A stretch of DNA of 64,000 nucleotides from IMG/VR virus record IMGVR_UViG_3300033153_016035, positions 32,001 through 96,000 of that record; one strand, 5' to 3'. Below the pieces are notes generated by a model. The model saw nothing but the letters and a program-made list of their open reading frames with translations. It had not been told where the DNA came from and did not search any database. Shown here piece by piece: positions 47,628 through 55,929 of this stretch. Every line of letters starts with the position of its first letter. The stretch's first letter is position 1. The DNA comes from a virus. A program made the position numbers and the translations under genes.

Positions 47628-47703
47628 AATAAGGCCAGAGGGGGTTGAAAGCCCCTCAGGTCATCATCTACTTCATAACTTTTTCAAGAAGAAAGGGTAT
47701 GCT

Positions 47704-47922
47704 ATGTATAGATCAACAAGCCAAGTTATCTGCAAAAACCGAAAAACAGGCGAAGAAAAAACATATAGCGGATTAGAACCATGTGATGCTCTGATCGTCA
47801 TTTACGCGCAGAGCATCGGAGACTTTAATTCGGCGCACTACGGTAAATACTGTGCATACATACGCCGGGACGGGGTTTACAAATATGAACTTGGGGACTG
47901 GTATGTTGCCACTCCAACCTAA
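47704..47922 (+). CDS. Hypothetical protein
   Basis: Follows a hairpin element; AAGGG RBS. Confidence 0.65.
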   Translation: MYRSTSQVICKNRKTGEEKTYSGLEPCDALIVIYAQSIGDFNSAHYGKYCAYIRRDGVYKYELGDWYVATPT

Positions 47923-47999
47923 ATAAAAACCAGATCTGAGGGGGCTTACCCCTCCTCAGGTCATCATCTACTTTATTTCTTTATTAAGGAGAATTCTAT

Positions 48000-48692
48000 A
48001 TGAGAAAAATAAGCGAGACACCGAGGGACTGTTATGAGTCCTTCTTTGCGACGTCGTCGCCCATTGTGACCATCCGTCAGGTTTTAGGGATACCTAACCC
48101 TGATGAGTTTGGTATTGTAGGTGATGACGGGGCTTACAAAATATGGTTTGAGGGAACCCCTATCCAAAATTATAGGGGGGAAATTGTATCGGGAAGCTGG
48201 CCGCAGTTCAACCCCGTGGAAAAAGCACGTCAGGAGAGCCTACCCCACCTTGGAAAAGTGTGGGTTATCTGGAGTCATGATCTCGAACTCCTCGGGGAGT
48301 GGAAACAGGCCCTAAAAAAGGGTGATCCAAATTACCGTGAAGCGGTAACGGAGGATATCGTCATCATGTGGCGGTGGTTTGAAATAGACAACCCGTTTCT
48401 TTTCATCCATGACCTGCACCTGCCAAGGTCGATACCCCTACTAGACTGTGCCCGAAATGACGAGTTTCTCAGGTGGGCATACACCCTCAAATTTGAGGAT
48501 ATGACCCCCCACGAAGAAAAACACGCCATGAAGCACTGGATGCCCTCCGGTAAATGCAACCAGCACCTTGATGGCAAATTTCGCGTCAGAAAGAACCGAC
48601 GCGGACTTTGGAAATGGTCGTGCGGTTTCTGCGGGGAACGGGGCACGGAGAAGTTTAAAGCACCGAGTGAGTGCCCCCTTTGTAAAAAGTAA
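48000..48692 (+). CDS. Hypothetical protein with C-terminal rubredoxin-like Zn ribbon
   Basis: WSCGFCG......PSECPLC; TAAGGAG RBS. Confidence 0.7.
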   Translation: MRKISETPRDCYESFFATSSPIVTIRQVLGIPNPDEFGIVGDDGAYKIWFEGTPIQNYRGEIVSGSWPQFNPVEKARQESLPHLGKVWVIWSHDLELLGEWKQALKKGDPNYREAVTEDIVIMWRWFEIDNPFLFIHDLHLPRSIPLLDCARNDEFLRWAYTLKFEDMTPHEEKHAMKHWMPSGKCNQHLDGKFRVRKNRRGLWKWSCGFCGERGTEKFKAPSECPLCKK

Positions 48693-48772
48693 ACCCAGGG
48701 CCAGGAAGGATTGGAACACTTTCTGGCCATTATCTATTTATTTACTTCATAACTTTTACAAAGGAATGGTAA

Positions 48773-48847
48773 ATGACATATAGACCAACAAGCAGAGTCG
48801 TCTGTAAAAACCGAACTTTTTTAAAGGGGTGGCCATGTGTAAAATGA
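48773..48847 (+). pseudogene. Truncated paralog of 47704..47922
   Basis: MTYRPTSRVVCKNR versus MYRSTSQVICKNR, with matching upstream TACTTCATAACTTTT. Confidence 0.6.
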
Positions 48848-48978
48848 CTTTTGGGTACGTGGAATCATTCACCCATTTTAATGTCTGCGCAGATTGGACC
48901 CCCGACTGCGCGGAGATCAAAGACAAAGAGAAGTGTCAAGGGTATGAGCCCGCCACTGGGCCATGCCCTTACTTATAA
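48835..48978 (+). CDS. Small Cys-containing protein (47 aa)
   Basis: AGGGG RBS; MCKMTFGY...CPYL. Confidence 0.45.
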   Translation: MCKMTFGYVESFTHFNVCADWTPDCAEIKDKEKCQGYEPATGPCPYL

Positions 48979-48988
48979 GGAGCGACCT

Positions 48989-49258
48989 ATGTTCAGAATT
49001 GTGGCAACACAATGCTTCTGCGACCTTTCCGTTTTCACCATAAACGGAGAGACCGCAGCCTATGAAGACTTCGGCGACAAGTATGACGCCGATGAAGAAA
49101 ACGCACCCGACTATGGGTGTGGTAATATGAAATTTTTTCCCAAACCCGCAACCCAAGCGGTACTGGATAAGTACCGCACCACCACCGACGAGTACAACGA
49201 GATTTGCGCTGCGCTAGAAGCGGCGCTATCGTTTGGTGAATGCGAGTGGTGCTCCTGA
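48989..49258 (+). CDS. Hypothetical acidic Cys-containing protein
   Basis: TAAGGAG RBS before ATG 48989; FTING...DFG...YGCGNMKF...CEWC. Confidence 0.65.
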   Translation: MFRIVATQCFCDLSVFTINGETAAYEDFGDKYDADEENAPDYGCGNMKFFPKPATQAVLDKYRTTTDEYNEICAALEAALSFGECEWCS

Positions 49259-49267
49259 CAAACCTAT

Positions 49268-49312
49268 GCCCCCCGACTGTGACCAACTAGGTCATAGTCG
49301 GGGGCTTTTTTT
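49268..49312 (+). terminator. Terminator at the convergence of the plus and minus blocks
   Basis: CCCCCGACTGTGACC-AACTA-GGTCATAGTCGGGGG then CTTTTTTT. Confidence 0.85.
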
Positions 49313-49568
49313 ATTTGCCTTCGTTCAAACGATCCTGCCTGGCCCCGCGATAAAACACTGCAAACTCCTTTTTTCGTAGTGGGACTACCGTCAAGTCGGT
49401 GGCATTTACCGACGCCAACCTCTCGGTCAGCTCTACCATCGCCTTATCCAATTCTTCATAATCATCTTTCCACTCCAGAAGGATGTGGGCCATCCCCCAG
49501 GCTGCTTTGCCGTCCTCGGTCCGCGTCGTAGTACCCGAAACTTTCATATGGTTTTCCTCTCTGCTCAA
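49311..49568 (-). CDS. Hypothetical protein
   Basis: 85-aa ORF; overlaps the end of the upstream gene; start may be near 49547. Confidence 0.5.
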   Translation of the reverse strand: MSREENHMKVSGTTTRTEDGKAAWGMAHILLEWKDDYEELDKAMVELTERLASVNATDLTVVPLRKKEFAVFYRGARQDRLNEGK

Positions 49569-50004
49569 AAAACACCGTTATCATTACCCAGAAAAAGGCA
49601 AGCACGATAAGGGCAATGAAGACGACCAGGCCCCAAAATAAAACCTCATGGAACCACTTCCAATTTTCCTGTTGACGCATTTGCTTACGGGACATGATGG
49701 TCTTTAAAGCCCCCTCCGCCCGTATATAGATGCCTGATATTAAAGTTCGATGCGCCGCCATGCGTGCCTGTCGTTTTTTATATTCCGTAAATTTCTCACG
49801 GCGAATCTTAGCCTTCTCCGCCTCCGTTAACTCGGGCCCCGTTTCCAACTCGGGCACTTTCCATTGATTATCTGTCACAAACTGCCTCCGGCGCGTTGTT
49901 GGTTTTACCTCTCCTTGACATAATTGATGAAGTTCCCCTAGAACTTCCGGTGCCTCCTCCCCTTTTTTCGGAGGCTCTAGCCTCCTTAATTTCTTTTTAT
50001 CCAT
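49462..50004 (-). CDS. Single-pass membrane protein
   Basis: VLFWGLVVFIALIVLAFFWVMITVFF. Confidence 0.6.
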   Translation of the reverse strand: MDKKKLRRLEPPKKGEEAPEVLGELHQLCQGEVKPTTRRRQFVTDNQWKVPELETGPELTEAEKAKIRREKFTEYKKRQARMAAHRTLISGIYIRAEGALKTIMSRKQMRQQENWKWFHEVLFWGLVVFIALIVLAFFWVMITVFFEQRGKPYESFGYYDADRGRQSSLGDGPHPSGVER

Positions 50005-50013
50005 ATTTGTCCC

Positions 50014-50547
50014 CTAAAGTAATTCCACAAATCCCGGTTCACCGCAGGAGCATTCCCCAACCGGATTAGTCTTAAAATGAACAACGTCTTTTTTACCGCC
50101 AAGCTTCATACGCTCAATTAAACAGCGTTCACAACAAATATGGGTTGGTAAGGTTACGGGGCCTGCACCGTGTTGTTCATAAAAGACAATCTGAGTTCCT
50201 ACCTCTGTGATTTTATTTTCGCCCACTACTTTTTGGTCATAATCACATGTAATCCATTTGGGGTGGTCGTCTTTTATCCAGCCGGTACCTTTAACTGCAT
50301 CCAGTACCGGCTTACACCCCCCTATAAAATTGTCCAAATCGTAAAAACCTCTACGAGATTTTTGGTGGGCGGTAATACTCATACGACGATGGGTGTCCCT
50401 ATGGTCGCCGTGGGGGGCAAAAAGGCGTAAAAGGTTTAACCAATGGTTCTTTAATCTAGCGTAGGAGCGCCAGTGTCTACCTTTCCACGTATTTAGAGAC
50501 GGAATGCGCGCCGGTATAAAGATATCCTTTTCAACTACCAAAGACAT
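50014..50547 (-). CDS. rusA: RusA-like Holliday junction resolvase
   Basis: PSLN start, DLDN...KPVLDAV...G.I.DD motif; AAGGAG RBS. Confidence 0.7.
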   Translation of the reverse strand: MSLVVEKDIFIPARIPSLNTWKGRHWRSYARLKNHWLNLLRLFAPHGDHRDTHRRMSITAHQKSRRGFYDLDNFIGGCKPVLDAVKGTGWIKDDHPKWITCDYDQKVVGENKITEVGTQIVFYEQHGAGPVTLPTHICCERCLIERMKLGGKKDVVHFKTNPVGECSCGEPGFVELL

Positions 50548-50556
50548 AAAAACTCC

Positions 50557-50585
50557 TTGACCTATTCTACCGCCTTATGTAGAAT
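50557..50585 (+). promoter_or_regulatory. Sigma70-type promoter antisense to the gene block
   Basis: TTGACC-17 nt-TAGAAT. Confidence 0.55.
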
Positions 50586-50642
50586 GAAATGGTAAGATAA
50601 TAGTTAATGGGGGTGACGTGACCCATTGTGCCTTTTAATCCT

Positions 50643-50692
50643 ATCCCCCCTCCAAACCGGCAGGCAATGCTGGCTTGGAGGGGGGATTTTTT
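50643..50692 (+). terminator. Long terminator hairpin on the plus strand
   Basis: ATCCCCCCTCCAAACCGGCA-GGCAA-TGCTGGCTTGGAGGGGGGAT-TTTTT. Confidence 0.7.
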
Positions 50693-50705
50693 ATTAACTC
50701 CGTGT

Positions 50706-50733
50706 ATATTACCTTTTTATCTTTCTTTGTCAA
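50706..50733 (-). promoter_or_regulatory. Sigma70-type promoter upstream of the rusA-like gene
   Basis: TTGACA-16 nt-TAATAT on the minus strand. Confidence 0.5.
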
Positions 50734-50743
50734 GGGCATTAGT

Positions 50744-50770
50744 AAAAAAATTCCGCCCAGCAGGGCGGAA
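50744..50770 (-). terminator. Intrinsic terminator after 50790..51860
   Basis: TTCCGCCC-TGCT-GGGCGGAA-TTTTTTT on the minus strand. Confidence 0.7.
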
Positions 50771-50789
50771 AATATAACTAGAAACAAAG

Positions 50790-51860
50790 CTAGGATAGAA
50801 TTGTAGACCACCAGTAACTTCTGGTTTTGGATTCCTCTATTTTTGTCGCCTCAAGTTTACGCTGCCACTCAGTCTTTTTACGGCGGAGATACGTGTATAC
50901 TTGTTTATGCGTTTGTTCCACTAAAGTTTTTTTCTCACTTTTAGTCTTATCCGGCGTGCCCCGCGCTTTTTCAAAAGCATTAGTTATACGCCTGACTATT
51001 GCCTCATACTGGGGAGTATCTTTTTTCTTTCCCACCTGCCCTTTTTTTCGCACAACCCGGATCTTTCCACCTTTAGTACCCAGCTTCTTTGCTCCCTGCA
51101 CCACTTGGGTGTCGGCAAATAAGCGGTGTTGGTTCTCGCGGAGCCATTCTTTTATTTTACCCCACTCAGTCTTATACTCTAACTTCATACGCTCTACTAA
51201 AAGAAGAAAGTCCCCCTCGGGGTTTGCCCCAGGAGACCACCGAGCCTCCAGGAGATCGGCGGCCGCCTTAAAGGCCACTTCTACACCCTCACGTTGAAGT
51301 TTAAGTGGGCGCTGGGTGGTTCTGTAGGTCCAACGCCAGGTCTCTAGGGAATGATAGATCTGGGACGTGGCAGCGATCACGTCGTCCAGGTGCTTTGTCT
51401 CTATCTTCTTGTATTCCTCCCAGTAGGTGGTGTACAGTTTGGCGTAGATCTTATCTAGCTCATCAGTTTCTGAGGTATTCTGAGTCATCTCCACTTTATC
51501 ATAGAACTCCTGGGATATGGCGTTCCATTTAGCGGTTAAGGCTGCCATCTTCTCGGCCTTCCTGGCATCGAGCTTTTCTCCCAATTTTTCTGCGTAAAGT
51601 TTTACCTCGCGAGCTTCCAACTCCTCAACATCCTTTTCCATTTGAGCTAAAAACTTCTCAGCCCCCTGTCGCTTCTTCTTTAGTTCACGTTCCACCGTAA
51701 CCTGCGCCCTGGTGTCGGAAAACCGTTTCTGCATTTTTTGAAAGTAGGCTTTTTGGTTCTTGGTCATCCTCTCTATTGTTATTCGTTCGGTGAGAAGAAG
51801 TTCCACCATACTGCTGGCGGAGGGCTTACCCATTAACCGATTCCACTGATCCAACTTCAT
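50790..51860 (-). CDS. Coiled-coil, Lys/Glu-rich hypothetical protein
   Basis: 356-aa helical ORF; LLLTE near the N-terminus. Confidence 0.7.
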   Translation of the reverse strand: MKLDQWNRLMGKPSASSMVELLLTERITIERMTKNQKAYFQKMQKRFSDTRAQVTVERELKKKRQGAEKFLAQMEKDVEELEAREVKLYAEKLGEKLDARKAEKMAALTAKWNAISQEFYDKVEMTQNTSETDELDKIYAKLYTTYWEEYKKIETKHLDDVIAATSQIYHSLETWRWTYRTTQRPLKLQREGVEVAFKAAADLLEARWSPGANPEGDFLLLVERMKLEYKTEWGKIKEWLRENQHRLFADTQVVQGAKKLGTKGGKIRVVRKKGQVGKKKDTPQYEAIVRRITNAFEKARGTPDKTKSEKKTLVEQTHKQVYTYLRRKKTEWQRKLEATKIEESKTRSYWWSTILS

Positions 51861-51861
51861 G

Positions 51862-52203
51862 TTAACGCTTCTTCCTTCGCGGTACCGGGGGTTTATCTGC
51901 CGGTGGCGTAGCCGGTGACGGTGTTGGTTTATCTGCTGAGGCGGGTGGGATGCCCTTTTTGGCTGGACGAACTTCCTTTTGGGGTGTGGTGTCCCAAGAT
52001 TTCACCGTATCCTTAATCTCCTTCAGGACTTCTATTGTATCAAACTCTACATCGGAATTTTGCAGCTCACGTATTTTATCATACACCAGCCCCACAACTT
52101 TTTGGACTGGAACAAAGCCTATGCCGGCCACTTCGGGTAATTTCTTTTCCATCACGGGGGCCAGGTACGGTGCCCCTTTTATCTTTTGCGCTATTTTCTT
52201 CAT
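51862..52203 (-). CDS. Hypothetical protein with Pro-rich basic tail
   Basis: TAAGGAGG RBS before ATG 52203. Confidence 0.7.
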   Translation of the reverse strand: MKKIAQKIKGAPYLAPVMEKKLPEVAGIGFVPVQKVVGLVYDKIRELQNSDVEFDTIEVLKEIKDTVKSWDTTPQKEVRPAKKGIPPASADKPTPSPATPPADKPPVPRRKKR

Positions 52204-52227
52204 GAAAAACCTCCTTAGTTTTTGTTT

Positions 52228-52256
52228 ATTATACTGCAAGGACTTACAGGTGTCAA
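52228..52256 (-). promoter_or_regulatory. Perfect consensus sigma70 promoter
   Basis: TTGACA-17 nt-TATAAT on the minus strand. Confidence 0.85.
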
Positions 52257-52387
52257 ATATTTTCTGCAAACATACACTGTAACATACAAGCCACACATAA
52301 GTCCTCAGGTACCAGGGAGCGGTGGCGCCTTTTGCATATATAGTCTCCATCACCCGCCCCGGCCTGATCTATAATTCTATGGTATTT

Positions 52388-52618
52388 TCAAATATTTAAC
52401 TCAAATGACCGCTCCAACTCCGCCACTATTACCGGATCTTTTAGGTAGCGTCGGATGGCGTCTATGGTGGACATAACACGGACAGTTTGGTACTTTTTAT
52501 CCCAGGACTCCATAATACCTAAATACTCGTCCAGGTCCACCAAATTGATTGAATCCAACCGTCTACGACAATACTTCTTACCCACTTGAATTACGTAGCT
52601 GTCAAGTTCTACCATCAC
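52388..52618 (-). CDS. Hypothetical protein
   Basis: Overlap-coupled ORF. Confidence 0.55.
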   Translation of the reverse strand: MMVELDSYVIQVGKKYCRRRLDSINLVDLDEYLGIMESWDKKYQTVRVMSTIDAIRRYLKDPVIVAELERSFELNI

Positions 52619-52904
52619 GCAGCCCCTTTAGCAGCTTCGCTATAGTCACGGGGTGGCCCACTATGTATTCATTACGGGGCATCGTACCCGAAAAAGATAA
52701 CGGCAGCGCCATCCCCACGAAATTAGGCGGAGCCACCATGTATACCTCGGGATCTGGAACTTGAATTAACTCGGTTTTTGTTGCCTTCCAGGGGTTTAAT
52801 GAGAAAATCCTCTCCCACCACCCCCTTTTTACCTCTACGCCCTCCTCCACCGTTAAAAAGGGATCCTCATACATAGGCACGCCATCGTAACTTTTTACCA
52901 CCAT
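52602..52904 (-). CDS. Hypothetical protein
   Basis: GGAGG RBS; R.WWERIFS..PW motif. Confidence 0.6.
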   Translation of the reverse strand: MVVKSYDGVPMYEDPFLTVEEGVEVKRGWWERIFSLNPWKATKTELIQVPDPEVYMVAPPNFVGMALPLSFSGTMPRNEYIVGHPVTIAKLLKGLRDGRT

Positions 52905-54118
52905 AAGAAAGCCTCCACATCTGGATTTTTTGCCTCAAACATTTTCTTGAAGATCATGAAACACAAGTATGTGTCGTATTTCGCATCATGAAGGTTATGC
53001 CTCGCGGTTGGGATCTTATAATACTCAGCCGCCTCCTGCAATTTCGGCCATTTGTAACCCTTGTGTCTGGTACCACTAGCTGTTATTTTCACAATATCCG
53101 TATTAGAAAGCATCGTACAAAATTGCTCCCCGTCCCCCACCTCGAAAGGCAGGAACTGGTAGTCAAACTTAATGTTGTGCGCAATAAACCGATCGGCCGT
53201 CTCAGCGAACGCCACAAAATCTGTATCCTCGTCAAAATGCGCAAACCACCCATCCTCATGCCCTTTACGTTTTTCTATAAGAACATCCCTGAAAAGACCA
53301 TTTACCTTAGCCGCCGCTGTGTTGATTCTGGTACGGGGCAGATAGAACCGCTCAAAGTCCCCGGCAAAGATAAACTTCCCGTCTTGAAGTACCACCTTCA
53401 AAGCCGTTACAGCTAAAACACAGGATGACTTTTTTATGCCATTTGTCTCGAAGTCAAAGAAAACCAACTCCAGAGTGGGCTTTTGTTCAAGTGGCGGCGG
53501 AGACAAGTCTTTTATAACTTCCGTCGCCGGTACTACGGCCTTTTGGGTTTGCGCCACTACCGGGGGTTTGGGTGAGGGGATTACCGGAGCAATTGGCATT
53601 TGAAAATCCGCCGGGTCTAAGGGTTGGGCTTCTGGCGGTATGGGGGTTTGCCAACTAGCAGCCATTTTTTTCTCCTGATCTATCTTAGCCGCCAAATCAC
53701 TGAGTTCTGCCGACACTGGGTCTGGGATTTGTGACATGAAATAATCCACCGCCGCCTGCAAGGACTCCTCCTCCGCCATTTTAGTTATAAATAAAAGCGG
53801 GGCTACAGTGACTTCCTTGTACTGGAAGGCGCCGGTGTCCCGGTGCATTGATATTTGATTTTTCAAAATGCCCCGGTGCGCCAGGGCGTCTAAAAATTCA
53901 TCCATTGAAAACTGATTCATATATTCCTCCGGTTTTATGTGGGTTAAACAACATTTAACATCCGCTTCCAAGACACCGGTCATGTGAAAGATCGGTGTCG
54001 GGAATAACTCTCCGCGATCGTAGCAAAAGGCATTGTCGTGCCTTCGGTAGGTCATGCGTGAGGGCGGCAAACCGTGACCAGTCAACACCTCCACAAGTTT
54101 ATGATAATAAGTCTCCAC
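52895..54118 (-). CDS. DEDDh 3'-5' exonuclease (DnaQ-like) with N-terminal extension
   Basis: DFETNG, AHNIKFD, CTM, KWPKLQE, HDAKYD. Confidence 0.85.
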   Translation of the reverse strand: METYYHKLVEVLTGHGLPPSRMTYRRHDNAFCYDRGELFPTPIFHMTGVLEADVKCCLTHIKPEEYMNQFSMDEFLDALAHRGILKNQISMHRDTGAFQYKEVTVAPLLFITKMAEEESLQAAVDYFMSQIPDPVSAELSDLAAKIDQEKKMAASWQTPIPPEAQPLDPADFQMPIAPVIPSPKPPVVAQTQKAVVPATEVIKDLSPPPLEQKPTLELVFFDFETNGIKKSSCVLAVTALKVVLQDGKFIFAGDFERFYLPRTRINTAAAKVNGLFRDVLIEKRKGHEDGWFAHFDEDTDFVAFAETADRFIAHNIKFDYQFLPFEVGDGEQFCTMLSNTDIVKITASGTRHKGYKWPKLQEAAEYYKIPTARHNLHDAKYDTYLCFMIFKKMFEAKNPDVEAFLWW

Positions 54119-54647
54119 TGAGTTTTATCTCCGTTTTTGTCCCGCCAGCGTCTGAAAACACTACTGCATTCCACCCTACAATTTGCCCCTGTAAGAAAGG
54201 GCTCCCCACATGAGGCGCTGCGGCGCCCTTCTTCATATACGCTAGAGTGAGGTGCGGTTTATAATGGGGGTGAGTGGTTGTAACTTTAAGATGCTCGGTC
54301 AGCAACTGATTTAGTTCTGTAAAGTCCGGTGAGAGCACCTCCACCAAGAGTATGTCCTCCTCATCGTTTTCAAAAACAGATGTGGAGCCGAATGAGGCGG
54401 TGAGGCGCGATTTTAGCTGAACAATCTTTGCTACCTCTTTAGGCTCCTTTGTGTGGATTCCGTACTTTATGGTGATATGGGGCTCGTCCTCTGCCTTTAG
54501 AATCTGGTCTGGGATAAGGTTGGCTGAGACCCAATCTTTGATTTTAGCCACCAGCTCCGGGGAGCATACAACCCCAACATAGCCAAAATCATAACCCTCG
54601 TCAAGACGACCGTGGATTATATTATAAATACCCGTTTGTCTGTCCAT
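54099..54647 (-). CDS. acb1: 2H phosphoesterase, Acb1 / T4 gp57B-like anti-CBASS nuclease candidate
   Basis: Two HxT motifs, PHITIKYG and YKPHLTLAY. Confidence 0.7.
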   Translation of the reverse strand: MDRQTGIYNIIHGRLDEGYDFGYVGVVCSPELVAKIKDWVSANLIPDQILKAEDEPHITIKYGIHTKEPKEVAKIVQLKSRLTASFGSTSVFENDEEDILLVEVLSPDFTELNQLLTEHLKVTTTHPHYKPHLTLAYMKKGAAAPHVGSPFLQGQIVGWNAVVFSDAGGTKTEIKLSGDLLS

Positions 54648-54662
54648 CGTCTTTTCCTTTCC
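54618..54662. repeat. 45-bp imperfect direct repeat, copy 1 (copy 2 at 55900-55944)
   Basis: 38 of 45 positions identical by manual alignment; spans RBS and first 10 codons. Confidence 0.8.
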
Positions 54663-54696
54663 ATTATGTATAAGAGCAATCTAATCTAACAGAAAT

Positions 54697-55929
54697 TTAT
54701 TTAAACTCTGCTAAATAGTCTTCTACGGAGATAATTCCTCGCATAAATTTTTGATAAATGTTTCCAGGGGGTTTTTGGTAGGGAAGCAATGATCCATCTT
54801 GACCCGGAACTATAGATGGTAAATCAGAAATTGCATCAACAACTGTAATTGCCGATTTTTGGAAGTTAAAAAGATTGCTCTCTGTGTTCATAGTTGTGAT
54901 AGGGTCAGGCGGCTGAATTTTTTCAGATGATTTATTTTGGCCAACCAGAAAAACTCTTTTTCTTCTTTGCGGTATTGCAAAGTTTTCTGTGTTTAAAACC
55001 CACCCGGTAATCGACGACATAACACTATTGAAAGATTCTTTAACTTCTTCAAAAACTCTCCCCTTCTCCATATTGAGAAGTCCAGCTACATTTTCAAAAA
55101 CAAAACCATCGGGGTTCACCTCATTAATAAATTCCTTGTAGTTAATAAATAGTAAATTTCTTTTGTCCTTCATGGTTCGTTTATTGCCCGCTGTTGAAAA
55201 TCCTTGGCAAGGAGGACCGCCAAGTACCCAAAAAGGCAATTCCTTATGTTTTTCTTTTGCTTTTATGGCAATATCAACAAGAATTGAAAAGTTTTTTTCA
55301 TCCGTGATACTTCCTACTATCACATCTTGATGTACGTTGGCTGCGTAAGTTTCTAGGAAACGAGATTCAATATCATTGGCTATAATAGGTATCCAACCAG
55401 CCCATTTAAAACCCAAGCCCATGCCCCCTGCACCTGAAAAAAGATCTACAAAAACTCCAGGATTACCTATCGTGTTTATCACTTGCTTAGCAATTTGAAA
55501 CGTTAACAATGGAGGAACCGCATTTCCTATTTGGTTGTTTATTGCAGTTTGTGAGCCGAAAAATTTAAAATTATCGGGGAAAGATTGTAACCTTGCAGCT
55601 TCTCTTTGGGACAAAACGCGGTCTTGATTATAGTGAATATGACACCCATTTCCTGGACGATTAAAATATGTGTTTATGGTGTATGAGGGCTTATGGGGCA
55701 GAAGTCTTCCATAATAAGTAGAACGACTACCTTTCCCTTGGGCATAGCTTTCTCGAATTTGTGCGATTCTCTTAGACGGGACATGTTCCGGGATATTCTT
55801 CCAATTGCCACCAGGTGGAACAGATTTCACAATTTGCATATCTAGTTCGCTCAAACGCGAACTGAAATGATTGTGAATTTGATGAGGTTCGCTCTTCGTT
55901 ATATTATAAATACCTCTTTGTCTATCCAT
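54697..55929 (-). CDS. Circularly permuted DNA (cytosine-5) methyltransferase
   Basis: Motifs IX-X (REAARLQSFPD, QIGNAVPP) precede I (DLFSGAGG), IV (GGPPCQGFS), VI (ENV) and VIII (QRRKRVF). Confidence 0.9.
   Translation of the reverse strand: MDRQRGIYNITKSEPHQIHNHFSSRLSELDMQIVKSVPPGGNWKNIPEHVPSKRIAQIRESYAQGKGSRSTYYGRLLPHKPSYTINTYFNRPGNGCHIHYNQDRVLSQREAARLQSFPDNFKFFGSQTAINNQIGNAVPPLLTFQIAKQVINTIGNPGVFVDLFSGAGGMGLGFKWAGWIPIIANDIESRFLETYAANVHQDVIVGSITDEKNFSILVDIAIKAKEKHKELPFWVLGGPPCQGFSTAGNKRTMKDKRNLLFINYKEFINEVNPDGFVFENVAGLLNMEKGRVFEEVKESFNSVMSSITGWVLNTENFAIPQRRKRVFLVGQNKSSEKIQPPDPITTMNTESNLFNFQKSAITVVDAISDLPSIVPGQDGSLLPYQKPPGNIYQKFMRGIISVEDYLAEFK

Larger units (their letters stand above)
40135..48740 (+). 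repeat. Dispersed family of ~14 intergenic hairpin elements with fixed geometry
   Basis: Stems at about 40140, 40508, 40894, 42869, 43308, 44010, 44794, 45428, 46024, 46607, 47044, 47633, 47933, 48699; each is TAAA-stem(10-13 bp)-loop-stem-YWTYAT, usually followed by a T-rich tract and an RBS. Confidence 0.85.

Noticed and set aside
40135-48740. CRISPR array or canonical integron attC array
   Set aside because: The repeats are not sequence-identical and are separated by whole genes; the attC RYYYAAC...GTTRRRY ends are missing; no cas or integrase gene is in the window.
52204-52353. N-terminal extension of ORF 51862..52353
   Set aside because: It contains a perfect promoter and the RBS for ATG 52203.
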